A stretch of DNA of 44,697 nt, taken from Thermoanaerobaculia bacterium (GTDB lineage Bacteria > Acidobacteriota > Thermoanaerobaculia > Multivoradales > JAHEKO01). The translations under genes were made by a program, and so were the position numbers. The DNA lies in the NCBI GenBank assembly GCA_033720955.1, contig JAWWBN010000003.1:1-44697 (forward strand). Direction: 5' to 3'. This document shows positions 18,173 to 27,300 of this stretch, piece by piece. Position 1 is the stretch's first letter. The number at the start of each line of letters is the position of its first letter. The notes under the pieces were generated by a model. That model had not been told where the DNA came from and did no database searches. It saw nothing but the letters and a program-made list of their open reading frames with translations.

Positions 18173-19906
18173 ATGCTCGACACCATTCTCAGCGGCCAGC
18201 AGGAGGTCCTCCTCGCCGAGGAGCGGGCGCTGCTGCGCGGTCTCCAGGCGGGCCTGGCACGGTGGCAGGCCGGCGAGGAGGACCAGGCGACCCTGGAGCG
18301 CTCCATCGCCAGCCTCGACGAGCTCTTCCTTCTGGTGGTGGTGGGCGAGTTCAACTCCGGCAAGAGCACCTTCATCAACGCGCTCCTGGGCGAGCGGCTG
18401 CTCGAGGAGGGGGTCACCCCCACCACCCGGCGGATCCACCGGCTGCGGCACGGCGAGACCCGCCAGCGGCAGCTCGGCGACGACGGCATCGAGGAGATCG
18501 CCGCCCCGATCGACCTGCTGCGTCAGGTGCGGATGGTGGACACGCCGGGCACCAACGCCCTGGACCGGGAGCACGAGGCGATCACCCGCCGCTTCGTGCC
18601 GCGCTCCGACCTGGTGCTGTTCGTGACGTCGGCCGACCGCCCGCTGACCGAGAGCGAGCGGGCCTTCATCGAGTCGATCCGCGAATGGGGAAAGAAGCTC
18701 GTCCTGGTGATCAACAAGGTCGACTTCCTGGCCAACAGCAAGGGCGCCCTCGACGAGGTGCGCGTCTTCGTGGAGGAGAACGCGAAGAAGATTCTCGGCG
18801 CCGTGCCGCCCCTCTTCGCGGTCTCCGCCCGGGATGCCCTGTCGGCCAAGACCGGCGCCGCCGACCCGACCCTGGTGGCCCGCAGCGGCTTCGAGGAGCT
18901 CGAGATCTACCTCCGCGACACCCTGGACGAGAAGGAGCGCGTGCGGCTCAAGCTCCTGAGCCCGCTGGGTGTGGCGCGGCGGCTGGCCTCCGACTACCTG
19001 GCCTCGGCGGAAGAGAGCGCCGAGCTGCTGCGGGACGACTTCGCCACCCTGGAGGAGATCGAAGGCCAGCTTGCCGTCTACCAGGAAGACATGGCGGCCG
19101 CCTTCCGCTACCGCCTCTCCGACGTGGACAACGAGCTGCACGAGTTCGAGCGGCGGGGCGACGAGTTCTTCGAGGAGACCCTTCGCCTGTCGCGGGCCAT
19201 CGACCTGATGAACCGGTCGAAGATCCAGGCCGACTTCGAGCGCAAGGTGGTGGCCGACGCGCCGAAGCGGCTCGAGGAGAAGGTCGAGTCGGTCATCGAC
19301 TGGATGGTGGAGGCCGAGCTCAAGCAGTGGCAGGCCACCCACGAGCAGATCGCCAAGCGCCGCACGGAGGCGTCGGCCGGGGCCAACCTGCTGCCCAGCC
19401 TGGACTACAACCGCGGCCGTCTGCTGGAGACGGTGGGCCGCACCGCCCAGCGCACCATCCGCTCGTACGACCAGCAGGCCGAGGCGGGCCGGATGGCCGA
19501 GTCGGTGCGCACCGCGGTGGCCGGCACCGCGCTGATCGAGGCCGGCGCCGTGGGGCTGGGCACCGTATTCACCCTGCTGGCCACCTCGACGGCCGCCGAC
19601 GTCACGGGGCTGGTGGCCGCCGGCACCCTGGCGGTCCTGGGCCTCTTCGTGCTGCCGGCCCGCCGTCGCAAGGCCAAGCAGGAGCTGTCGAAGAAGATCG
19701 CCACCCTGCGCGACAGCCTGATGACCTCGCTCACCGCCCAGTTCGACCGCGAGGTGGAGGGCTCCGCCCACCGGATCCGCGAGGCCATCGCCCCTTACAC
19801 CCGGTTCGTCCGCGCGGAGCGCGAGCGGCTCGAGGAGATGCGCCGGGGGCTCGGGGAGATCTCGGCCAACCTGGAGCGGCTGCAGGACGTCATCGAGGGA
19901 GCCTGA
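18173..19906 (+). CDS. Bacterial dynamin-like GTPase (DLP/FZL-like)
   Basis: G1 GEFNSGKS, G2 TPTT, G3 DTPG, G4 NKVD; coiled-coil stalk and a hydrophobic hairpin near the C-terminus. Extended -10 TGgTATCTT at 18124-18132. Confidence 0.9.
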   Translation: MLDTILSGQQEVLLAEERALLRGLQAGLARWQAGEEDQATLERSIASLDELFLLVVVGEFNSGKSTFINALLGERLLEEGVTPTTRRIHRLRHGETRQRQLGDDGIEEIAAPIDLLRQVRMVDTPGTNALDREHEAITRRFVPRSDLVLFVTSADRPLTESERAFIESIREWGKKLVLVINKVDFLANSKGALDEVRVFVEENAKKILGAVPPLFAVSARDALSAKTGAADPTLVARSGFEELEIYLRDTLDEKERVRLKLLSPLGVARRLASDYLASAEESAELLRDDFATLEEIEGQLAVYQEDMAAAFRYRLSDVDNELHEFERRGDEFFEETLRLSRAIDLMNRSKIQADFERKVVADAPKRLEEKVESVIDWMVEAELKQWQATHEQIAKRRTEASAGANLLPSLDYNRGRLLETVGRTAQRTIRSYDQQAEAGRMAESVRTAVAGTALIEAGAVGLGTVFTLLATSTAADVTGLVAAGTLAVLGLFVLPARRRKAKQELSKKIATLRDSLMTSLTAQFDREVEGSAHRIREAIAPYTRFVRAERERLEEMRRGLGEISANLERLQDVIEGA

Positions 19907-19943
19907 GACCCGCGGGGGGAGACGGCTCCGGAGCGCGCGGCGG

Positions 19944-20984
19944 TTGAGAAGAGTGCTCCAGGGCGTCGTCGCCGGCGCGCTGCTGCTGGGGCTCGCCCTC
20001 CTCCTCGGGCCCCGGCCCGCGAGCCTGGACGAGACGCCGCTCTCCCCCACCCCCTGCTTCGACCGGCCCGCCCAGGTCGAGGCCTATCTCGCGCGCTCGG
20101 AGAGCCGGTTCGACGACGTCACCCCCGGGACCGGGAAGACGGTGATCTGGGCCGATCCCGAGCGCCGGGAGCGGACGCCGGCCGCTGTCGTGCTGCTGCA
20201 CGGCTTCTCCGCCAGCCGTCAGGAGGTCGCGCCGCTCGCCGAGCGGGTGGCGGGCCGGCTCGGCGCCAATCTCTTCGCCACCCGCCTCACCGGGCACGGA
20301 CGCACCCCGGAGGCGCTGGGGCGGGCGACGCTGCGGGAGTGGCTGGACGACACGCGCGAGGCGCTCGCGGTGGGCCGGGCGATCGGCGGCCGGGTGGCGG
20401 TGGTCGGCGTGTCGCACGGCGCCACCCTGGCGCTCTGGGCCTCCCTGGGCGGTGCCGCGGAGGCTCCCGACGCCCAGGTCCTGATCTCCCCCAACCTCGG
20501 CCCGCGGGACCCCCGGGCGCGCTTCCTCACCTGGCCGTGGGCCGGCTGGCTGGTGCCGCGGCTGCTCGGCCGCACCCACTCCTTCGAGCCCCGGAACGAG
20601 CTGCAGGAGCGCTACTGGACCACCTCCTACCCGGTGGAAGCCCTCTTCCAGGTGGCGGCGGCCGAGAAGCTGGTCCGGCGCCGGGCGAAGGGCGGCGTCG
20701 AGCTCGCGATCCCCACCCTGGTGCTCTACTCGCCGGACGACCAGGTGGTGGACCCGGCCAGGATCCGGGCCTTCTTCGAGGGCAGCGGCGCGGTGCTCGA
20801 GCCCGTGGAGGGCGCCGAGGACCCTTCCCGGCACCTCCTCGCCGGCGACGTCCTCTCGCCCGGAACCACGGATGCGATGGCCTCCCGGATCGCGCGTTTC
20901 CTCAGAGAGGCGGCCCTGTCCGCTCCCGGCTCGGGCGACGACCCGGCCGCCGGACCGCTAGACTCTCTGCCCTCGCGCCGCTAG
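19944..20984 (+). CDS. Alpha/beta hydrolase (lysophospholipase/carboxylesterase-like) with an N-terminal membrane anchor
   Basis: LLHGFS, LTGHG, nucleophile elbow GVSHG, DDQVV, HLLAG. Confidence 0.88.
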   Translation: MRRVLQGVVAGALLLGLALLLGPRPASLDETPLSPTPCFDRPAQVEAYLARSESRFDDVTPGTGKTVIWADPERRERTPAAVVLLHGFSASRQEVAPLAERVAGRLGANLFATRLTGHGRTPEALGRATLREWLDDTREALAVGRAIGGRVAVVGVSHGATLALWASLGGAAEAPDAQVLISPNLGPRDPRARFLTWPWAGWLVPRLLGRTHSFEPRNELQERYWTTSYPVEALFQVAAAEKLVRRRAKGGVELAIPTLVLYSPDDQVVDPARIRAFFEGSGAVLEPVEGAEDPSRHLLAGDVLSPGTTDAMASRIARFLREAALSAPGSGDDPAAGPLDSLPSRR

Positions 20985-21050
20985 CTCAACGGATAGAGCA
21001 CCAGACTTCGGATCTGACGGTTGGGGGTTCGAATCCCTCGCGGCGCGCCA
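20975..21050 (+). tRNA. tRNA-Arg (anticodon TCG)
   Basis: 76-nt cloverleaf: acceptor GCGCCGC/GCGGCGC, D arm GCTC/GAGC, anticodon loop CTTCGGA, T loop TTCGAAT, encoded CCA. Candidate -10 TAGACT at 20959-20964. Confidence 0.95.
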
Positions 21051-21165
21051 TGCAAGCTGCCTGCGGAGCTTCGAGGACCGCCCGTCGAGGGGTCCGGCCC
21101 TGCGCGGGATCGGGATCGATCCGTGCAACCCACTCGACCATCGCCGCCGCGCGCCCGGCCGCCCG

Positions 21166-21843
21166 TTAGACGCACCACTCGTGGTCCTGCATCAGGCAGT
21201 GGTGGGATGTCCATCCCGTCCAGGTGCCATCCGGGTGATCGGGGTTCCGGTCTCTGCGCCAGCAAAGAACGTTGGTGTCCAGGCATCGGAACTGCCAAGT
21301 CTCGTCCTCGCCCAGGACCTTGATCCCCCGGTCCGCGCCCTTCTCGCAATCCGACGAAGGACCGACGCGAGCGTTGACCCGGACGCGGTCCCAGTCGCAG
21401 TTCTTGAGAATCACCCGGACGCTGTCGGTTGGCGCCGGACTCGACTCCGGCTCGGCATCGGGCGCGGACAGCGGGGCGGCCGCCCCCGGGCTCGGCTCGG
21501 CCGTGGTCCCGGTACAGCGGCTGTACCTGGGGCAGCAGGAGATCTGGCGCAGCGAGCACCAGCCGCCATGACCCACCGTCCTCGAGTCGTCGGGATAGAT
21601 GTCCAGCCGTGCGTCCGGGCATCTCGCGATGTCCCACTTCACCGTGATCCGGTAGCTGCACCGGTTCGTGACCGTCGACTCGTCGCCCCGGTCGCGTACC
21701 TTGGCACAGCTTGGCAGGGGTGCTCTGTCCTCCCGGCCACAGGCGTCGGCTCTCGCCTCCGCTGCCCCCATCGCTCCGACGCCGAGGATCAGGCCGACCA
21801 GGGTCAACGCCTCCAACCCGGCGCGGTTGCGAAGCTCCTTCAT
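21166..21843 (-). CDS. Secreted two-domain cysteine-rich protein; domain 1 resembles the tendamistat fold
   Basis: GGGAGG SD, signal peptide ending AEARA, two Cys-rich domains joined by a Pro/Ser/Ala linker. Confidence 0.75.
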   Translation of the reverse strand: MKELRNRAGLEALTLVGLILGVGAMGAAEARADACGREDRAPLPSCAKVRDRGDESTVTNRCSYRITVKWDIARCPDARLDIYPDDSRTVGHGGWCSLRQISCCPRYSRCTGTTAEPSPGAAAPLSAPDAEPESSPAPTDSVRVILKNCDWDRVRVNARVGPSSDCEKGADRGIKVLGEDETWQFRCLDTNVLCWRRDRNPDHPDGTWTGWTSHHCLMQDHEWCV

Positions 21844-21989
21844 CTTGCCTCCCTTCGGACGTAGTCGCGTCTTGCGGGCGAGACACGAGAGAGCGGACCG
21901 AAGGGAGACATCTCCCTGGGCACCCCGCTCGCTCCCCGGGCGCGGTCCCGGGACGCCCCGGACCGCTTGCGAAATCTGATTAACAGGAG

Positions 21990-22019
21990 AGTTTACCTGA
22001 GCCTTCCATCCAGGGTCAA
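21990..22019 (-). promoter_or_regulatory. Putative sigma70-type promoter for the islet gene (TTGACC-N18-TAAACT)
   Basis: Minus-strand -35 at 22019-22014 and -10 at 21995-21990 within an AT-rich patch. Confidence 0.5.
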
Positions 22020-22060
22020 GGCGACCGGTCAGAGGTTCCGCCCTTCTTCAGAGGTTCTCT

Positions 22061-22091
22061 CGGTCGGGGTTTCGAATCCCTCGCGGTGCCA
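22061..22091 (+). repeat. Degenerate duplicate of the tRNA-Arg 3' end (attR-like)
   Basis: 16-bp exact core ttcgaatccctcgcgg plus matching flanks. Confidence 0.85.
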
Positions 22092-22233
22092 TACCGATCC
22101 CGCGCGAAGGCCGACGGACGAGGTCGCCGGGGCGACCGGCGCAAGGGCTTCTCCCGCCCTCGTGCTAGCATGCCGGTGAACCTGAAAAAAGTTGGCTGGT
22201 CTGTCCGGTTGCCGCCGAGTGAGGAGGTTGCGC

Positions 22234-22884
22234 ATGCCATTATCGCGGAGGGCCCTTCTTCAGGCGTTCGTGCCGTTCGCCCTGGCCGGCCAGGTGCGGG
22301 CCGAGCACTGGTGTGGATCTCCGAAGGGGTACCTCTGGGGCTACCAGGATTGCGACGCCTGGGTGGACCTCGAAAGGGGTTTGGCCGCCGGGCAGACCCA
22401 GGAGAAGACGCTGACCTGCTGGGCGGCGGCGATCGCCACGGTCTTCAGGTACCACGGCTACCCGGTTTCCCAGAGCACGATCATCCGGGCGCACCATGGC
22501 TGGGACGTCAACATGCGCGGCGGGCCCTACTCCACTCTGTCGAGGACCGTGAACGGTACGAGGTGGCGAGATTCGCAGGGCAGGCAGTTCGTAGCCAGGA
22601 CGGAGGGCATCTTCGATTACTACGCCGGCCGTGGCGAGCTGAGCAACTCGGACGTCGTCGCGCAGCTTCAGTACAACAGGCCGCTGATCGTCGGGACGAG
22701 AAGTCACGCCATGGTGATCTTCAGGATGGAGTACCTGTACAACAGGTACCTGGACTCGATCCGGCCGAAGGTCGTGCACGTCTGGGATCCGTGGCCCGGT
22801 GTCGGTTTCCGGGCGCTTCGGCGTGAGGAGATGACCGCCGGCGCGGACCTGCTCTACGTGGCCGCCGTGAGAATCGTCCACTAG
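22234..22884 (+). CDS. Papain-like cysteine peptidase (C39-like) with a twin-arginine signal
   Basis: GAGGAGG SD; MPLSRRALL..QVRA; Q....TCWAA, SHAMVI and VWDPWP give a Cys-His-Asp triad. Extended -10 TGcTAGCAT at 22163-22171. Confidence 0.78.
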   Translation: MPLSRRALLQAFVPFALAGQVRAEHWCGSPKGYLWGYQDCDAWVDLERGLAAGQTQEKTLTCWAAAIATVFRYHGYPVSQSTIIRAHHGWDVNMRGGPYSTLSRTVNGTRWRDSQGRQFVARTEGIFDYYAGRGELSNSDVVAQLQYNRPLIVGTRSHAMVIFRMEYLYNRYLDSIRPKVVHVWDPWPGVGFRALRREEMTAGADLLYVAAVRIVH

Positions 22885-22919
22885 ATCGACGCGTCGCGCC
22901 AGGCGGCCGATGACCTCAA

Positions 22920-22950
22920 GGTCGGGAAGCTCCCGGTGGACTTCCCGACC
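22920..22950 (+). terminator. Stem-loop downstream of the peptidase gene
   Basis: 10-bp perfect arms ggtcgggaag/cttcccgacc; no U-tract. Confidence 0.45.
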
Positions 22951-23112
22951 GGATGCCACCTCCCACACCTTCCTTTCGCTCGGGCGGCCCCGATTCCAGC
23001 GTACGGCTCCGCTTGACGGGATGCTCCTCCTGACGGTCTACCGGCGCCGGATTCCCGAGCTGCTCCGGCCGCCCTCCACGGACGGCGCGGCCAGCGCCTA
23101 GAATTCCTTCCC

Positions 23113-24312
23113 GTGAGAGAAGATGAGACGGTGCAGGGGCTCTCCGGCGCGTCCCACGGCTGCGAGGTCTCGGTGGTGATGCCCTGCCTGAACGAGGCCG
23201 ACACCCTGGAGAGCTGCATCGCCAAGGCGCAGAAGGCGCTCGCCGACCACGGCATCGACGGCGAAGTGATCGTCGCCGACAACGGCAGCACCGACGGCTC
23301 GGTCGAGATCGCCCGCCGGATGGGCGCGCGAGTGGTGCCGGTGGCCGAGCGCGGCTACGGCAACGCCCTGGCGGGCGGCTTCGCCGCCGCCCGCGGCCGA
23401 TTCCTGCTCATGGGCGACGCCGACGGCAGCTACGACTGGCTCGCGGCGCCGGCCTTCGTCGAGAAGCTGCGCGAGGGGCACGACCTGGTGCAGGGCTGCC
23501 GGCTTCCGGCCGGCGGCGGGACGGTCCTGCCGGGGGCCATGCCGCCGCTGCACCGGTGGATCGGCAACCCGGGACTCTCCTTTTTGGTGCGCCGCTTCTT
23601 CAAGCTGCCGATCCACGACGTCTACTGCGGCCTGCGGGGGCTCACCGCCGAGCTCTTCCGGCGTCTGAAGCTGCGCTGCGGCGGCATGGAGTTCGCGACC
23701 GAGATGATGATCAAGGCGCAGCTCCGCGGCGCCAAGATGGCCGAGATCCCCATCACCCTGCACCCCGACGGCCGGGTCGCCCATCCGCCGCACCTCCGTA
23801 CCTTCCGCGACGGCTGGAGAACCCTGCACTTCTTCCTGATGATGAGCCCGCGGTGGCTCTTCCTCTACCCGGGAGCGGCGCTCGTGGCCCTGGGGGCGGC
23901 GGGCTACGTCGTGGGCCTCCCCGGCCTCACCCTGGCGGGCGTGCACTTCGAGGCCCACACCCTCCTGGTGGCCAGCCTCGCCCTGATCCTCGGCTACCAG
24001 TCGCTGCTCTTCGCGGTCGTCGCGCGGCTCTTCGCCGATCTCACCGGGCTCCTGCCGCTCTCCCGGAGCTACGCCCGGATCGCCGGCAGGCTGGAGCCGC
24101 AGCGGGGCCTGGCGATCGGCGCCGGGGCCATCGTGGCCGGGCTCTTGCTGGTCCTGATCGTCCTCCTGCGCTGGAGCCAGGGCGGCTTCGGTGACCTCGA
24201 CTACGGCACCACCATGCGCTGGGTCATCCCCGGCGTGACCCTGACCGCGCTGGGCTTCCAGACGATTCTCACCGCCTTCCTGGTCAGCCTGCTCCAGTTC
24301 TCGCGCCGGTGA
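23113..24312 (+). CDS. Glycosyltransferase family 2 (polyprenol-phosphate glycosyltransferase-like) with C-terminal TM helices
   Basis: VSVVMPCLNE, VADNGSTDGS, GYGNAL, GDADGSY (DxD), GMEFATEM, LRTFRDGWR. Confidence 0.92.
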   Translation: MREDETVQGLSGASHGCEVSVVMPCLNEADTLESCIAKAQKALADHGIDGEVIVADNGSTDGSVEIARRMGARVVPVAERGYGNALAGGFAAARGRFLLMGDADGSYDWLAAPAFVEKLREGHDLVQGCRLPAGGGTVLPGAMPPLHRWIGNPGLSFLVRRFFKLPIHDVYCGLRGLTAELFRRLKLRCGGMEFATEMMIKAQLRGAKMAEIPITLHPDGRVAHPPHLRTFRDGWRTLHFFLMMSPRWLFLYPGAALVALGAAGYVVGLPGLTLAGVHFEAHTLLVASLALILGYQSLLFAVVARLFADLTGLLPLSRSYARIAGRLEPQRGLAIGAGAIVAGLLLVLIVLLRWSQGGFGDLDYGTTMRWVIPGVTLTALGFQTILTAFLVSLLQFSRR

Positions 24313-27300
24313 GCGCGCTTCGGCCGTCGCGACCCCCCGGCCGGGAGGGGAAGAGCGGTCCCCGCGTCAGGCCCGCCGAGCGCCAGATGAAGTAGACCGC
24401 CGGGAAGACCAGCAGCTCGGCCACGAAGGAGGTCACGACGCCGCCCAGCATGGGCGCGGCGATCCGCCGCATGACGTCGGAGCCGGCCCCGGTGGCCCAG
24501 AGGATCGGCGCCAGGGAGATGAGGATCGTCAGCACGGTCATCATCTTCGGGCGGATGCGCTGCACCGCCCCGTGGTCCACGGCGGCGGCCAGGTCGGAGT
24601 AGGACGTCATCCGCCCCTCCCGCGTCCACCGCTCCCAGGCCAGGTCGAGGTAGAGCAGCATCACCACGCCGGTCTCGGCCGCCAGCCCCGCCAGGGCGAT
24701 CATGCCCACCCCCACCGCGATGGACCAGTCGTAGTCCAGCAGGTCGATCAGCCAGATGGAGCCCACCAGCGAGAACGGGATGGCCGAGAGCACGATGGCG
24801 GTCTTCACCAGCGAGCGCAGGTGGAGGTAGAGGATGAGAAAGATGAGCGCCAGGGTCAGCGGCACGATGAGCCAGAGCCGCTTCTGGACCCGCTGCATGT
24901 ACTCGTACTGGCCCGACCAGAAGAGGGTGGTGCCGGGAGGCAGCTCCACCCGGCGCGCCACCTCCTCCCGCGCCCGCTCCACCCACGACCCGACGTCGAT
25001 CCCCTCGAGATCGACGTAGACCCAGGCGTTCGGGCGGGCGTTCTCCGACTTGATCCCCGGCGGCCCCTGGCGCAGCCGGATGTCCACGAGCTGCCCCAGC
25101 GGCACGTGGCCGCCCACCGGCGTCGAGACCAGGATCCCCTCGAGCGCCACCGGGTTGTCGCGCAGCTCCCGCGGGTAGCGCAGGTTGATGGGGTACCGCT
25201 CGAGCCCCTCCACCGTCCACGAGATGTTCATGCCGCCCACCGCCGACTGGATCACGTCCTGGACGTCGCCCACGGTGACCCCGAACCGCGCCGCCGCCTC
25301 GCGGTCGATGTCGAAGTCGAGGTAGCTGCCCCCCATCACCCGCTCGGCGTAGGCCGACAGGGTCCCGGGCAGGGGCTTGACCACCGCCTCGATCTCCTTG
25401 GCGATCCGCTCCAGCTCGGCCAGGTCGGAGCCGCCCACCTTGATCCCCACCGGCGTCTTGATGCCGGTGGAGAGCATGTCGATGCGGGTCTTGATCGGCA
25501 TGGTCCAGGCGTTGGTGACCCCGGGGAACTGGATGGCGTCGTTCATCTCGGCGATCAGCTCGTCCTTGGTGAGCCCCGGCCGCCACTCGGAGGGGTCCTT
25601 CAGCACGATCGTGGTCTCGATCATCGACAGCGGCGCCGGGTCGGTGGCGGTCTCGGCCCGGCCCACCTTTCCCAGCACCGTCTCCACCTCCGGAAAGGAG
25701 CGGAGGATCTTGTCGGTCTGCTGCAGCAGCTCGCGCGCCTTGCTGATGGAGATGCCCGGGAACGTGGTGGGCATGTAGAGCAGGTCGCCCTCCCACAGCG
25801 GCGGCATGAACTCCGATCCGATCCGCCCCAGGGGCACCAGGGTCAGGGCGACGATCACCAGGGTCGCGAGCACCACCGGCCAGCGCCACGAGAGCGCCCG
25901 GTCGAGCACCGGGGTGTAGAGGAAGCGCAGCAGCCGCGAGACGGGATGGCGCTCCTCGCTGTAGATCCGCCCGCGGACGAACCAGTACATCAGCACCGGC
26001 ACGACCGTCACCGCCAGCACCGCCGAGATCGCCATGGCGTACGTCTTGGTGAACGCCAGCGGCTTGAAGAGCCGCCCCTCCTGGGCCTCGAGGGTGAAGA
26101 TGGGGAGGAAGGAGACCGTGATCACCAGCAGGGTGAAGAAGAGGGTGGGACCCACCTCCTGCGCCGAGCGCAGGATGATCTCGAACCGCGAGCGCTCGCC
26201 GCGCCACTCCTCGTAGTGCTTGTGGGCGTTCTCCACCATGATCACGGCGGCGTCCACCAGGACCCCGATGGAGATGGCGATCCCGCCCAGCGACATGATG
26301 TTGGCGCCCAGCCCCTGCCACTTCATGATCAGGAAGGCCAGGAGGATCGAGACCGGGATGGAGACGATGGCGACGAAGGCGGAGCGGACGTGGAAGAGGA
26401 AGATCAGGCAGACCAGGGCCACCACCACGAACTCCTCGACCAGGGTGTGAGTCAGGGTGTCGATGGCGTCGTCGATCAGCCCGGTGCGGTCGTAGGCCAC
26501 CGAGATCTCGACGTCGTCGGGGAGACCCGACCGGAGCTCCGCCAGCCGCTCCTTCACCCGCTCCACCGTGGACCGGGTGTCGGCGCCCCACCGCACCACC
26601 ACGATGCCGCCCACCGTCTCGCCCTCGCCGTTCCAGTCCGCCAGGCCGCGGCGGATCTCCGGCCCGACGGTCACGTTGGCCACGTCCCGCAGCAGGATCG
26701 GCACCCCCCCGGGCCCCACGTCCAGAACCGCGTTCTCGAGGTCGCGGATCTCCCGGACGTAGCCGCGGCCGCGGACCATGAACTCGCGCTCCGACATCTC
26801 CACCAGGCGCCCCCCCACCTCGACGTTGGAGCGCTGGATGGCCGTCTTCACCCTGGCCAGCGGCAGGTCGTAGGCCCGCAGCCGCACCGGGTCCACCTCG
26901 ACCTGGTACTGGCGCACGAAGCCGCCCATGGACGCCACCTCGGCCACCCCTTCCACCGAGGAGAGGCCGTACTTCAGGTACCAGTCCTGGAGGCTGCGCA
27001 GCTCGGCGAGCGAGCGGCGGTCGGAGTTGAGCACGTACATGAATGCCCAGCCCACCCCGGTGGCGTCGGGCCCGAGCTGCGGCGACACCCCTCGCGGCAG
27101 ATCGCGGCTCAGCCCCGACAGGTACTCCAGCACCCGCGACCGCGCCCAGTAGAGGTCGGTGCCGTCGTCGAAGATGACGTAGACGAAGGAGAAGCCGAAG
27201 AAGGAGTAGCCGCGCACCACCTTCGCGTAGGGCACCGCCAGCATCTTGGTGGTGATGGGGTAGGTGACCTGGTCCTCCACCACCTGGGGCGCCTGTCCGG

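Larger units (their letters stand above)
21018..22091. mobile_element. Small tRNA-anchored islet (no integrase) bounded by direct repeats of the tRNA 3' end
   Basis: 21018-21050 cggttgggggttcgaatccctcgcggcgcgcca versus 22061-22091 cggtcggggtttcgaatccctcgcggtgcca. Confidence 0.7.

Noticed and set aside
6187-19906. Anti-phage defence island (STAND protein plus dynamin)
   Set aside because: The two genes are 8 kb apart among metabolic genes, with no nuclease, TIR/SIR2, RM or toxin-antitoxin genes nearby.
14713-19947. 1744-aa + strand ORF and similar very long ORFs (6164-9880, 7555-10053, 16868-20050, 24201-27440, 24572-27634, 36064-39141)
   Set aside because: Arg/Pro/Gly-rich alternative-frame or antisense shadows of motif-bearing genes, expected in very high-GC DNA.
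22061-22091. Second tRNA gene
   Set aside because: Only the T-arm and 3' acceptor strand are present, with no D or anticodon arm; treated as an att-like repeat.
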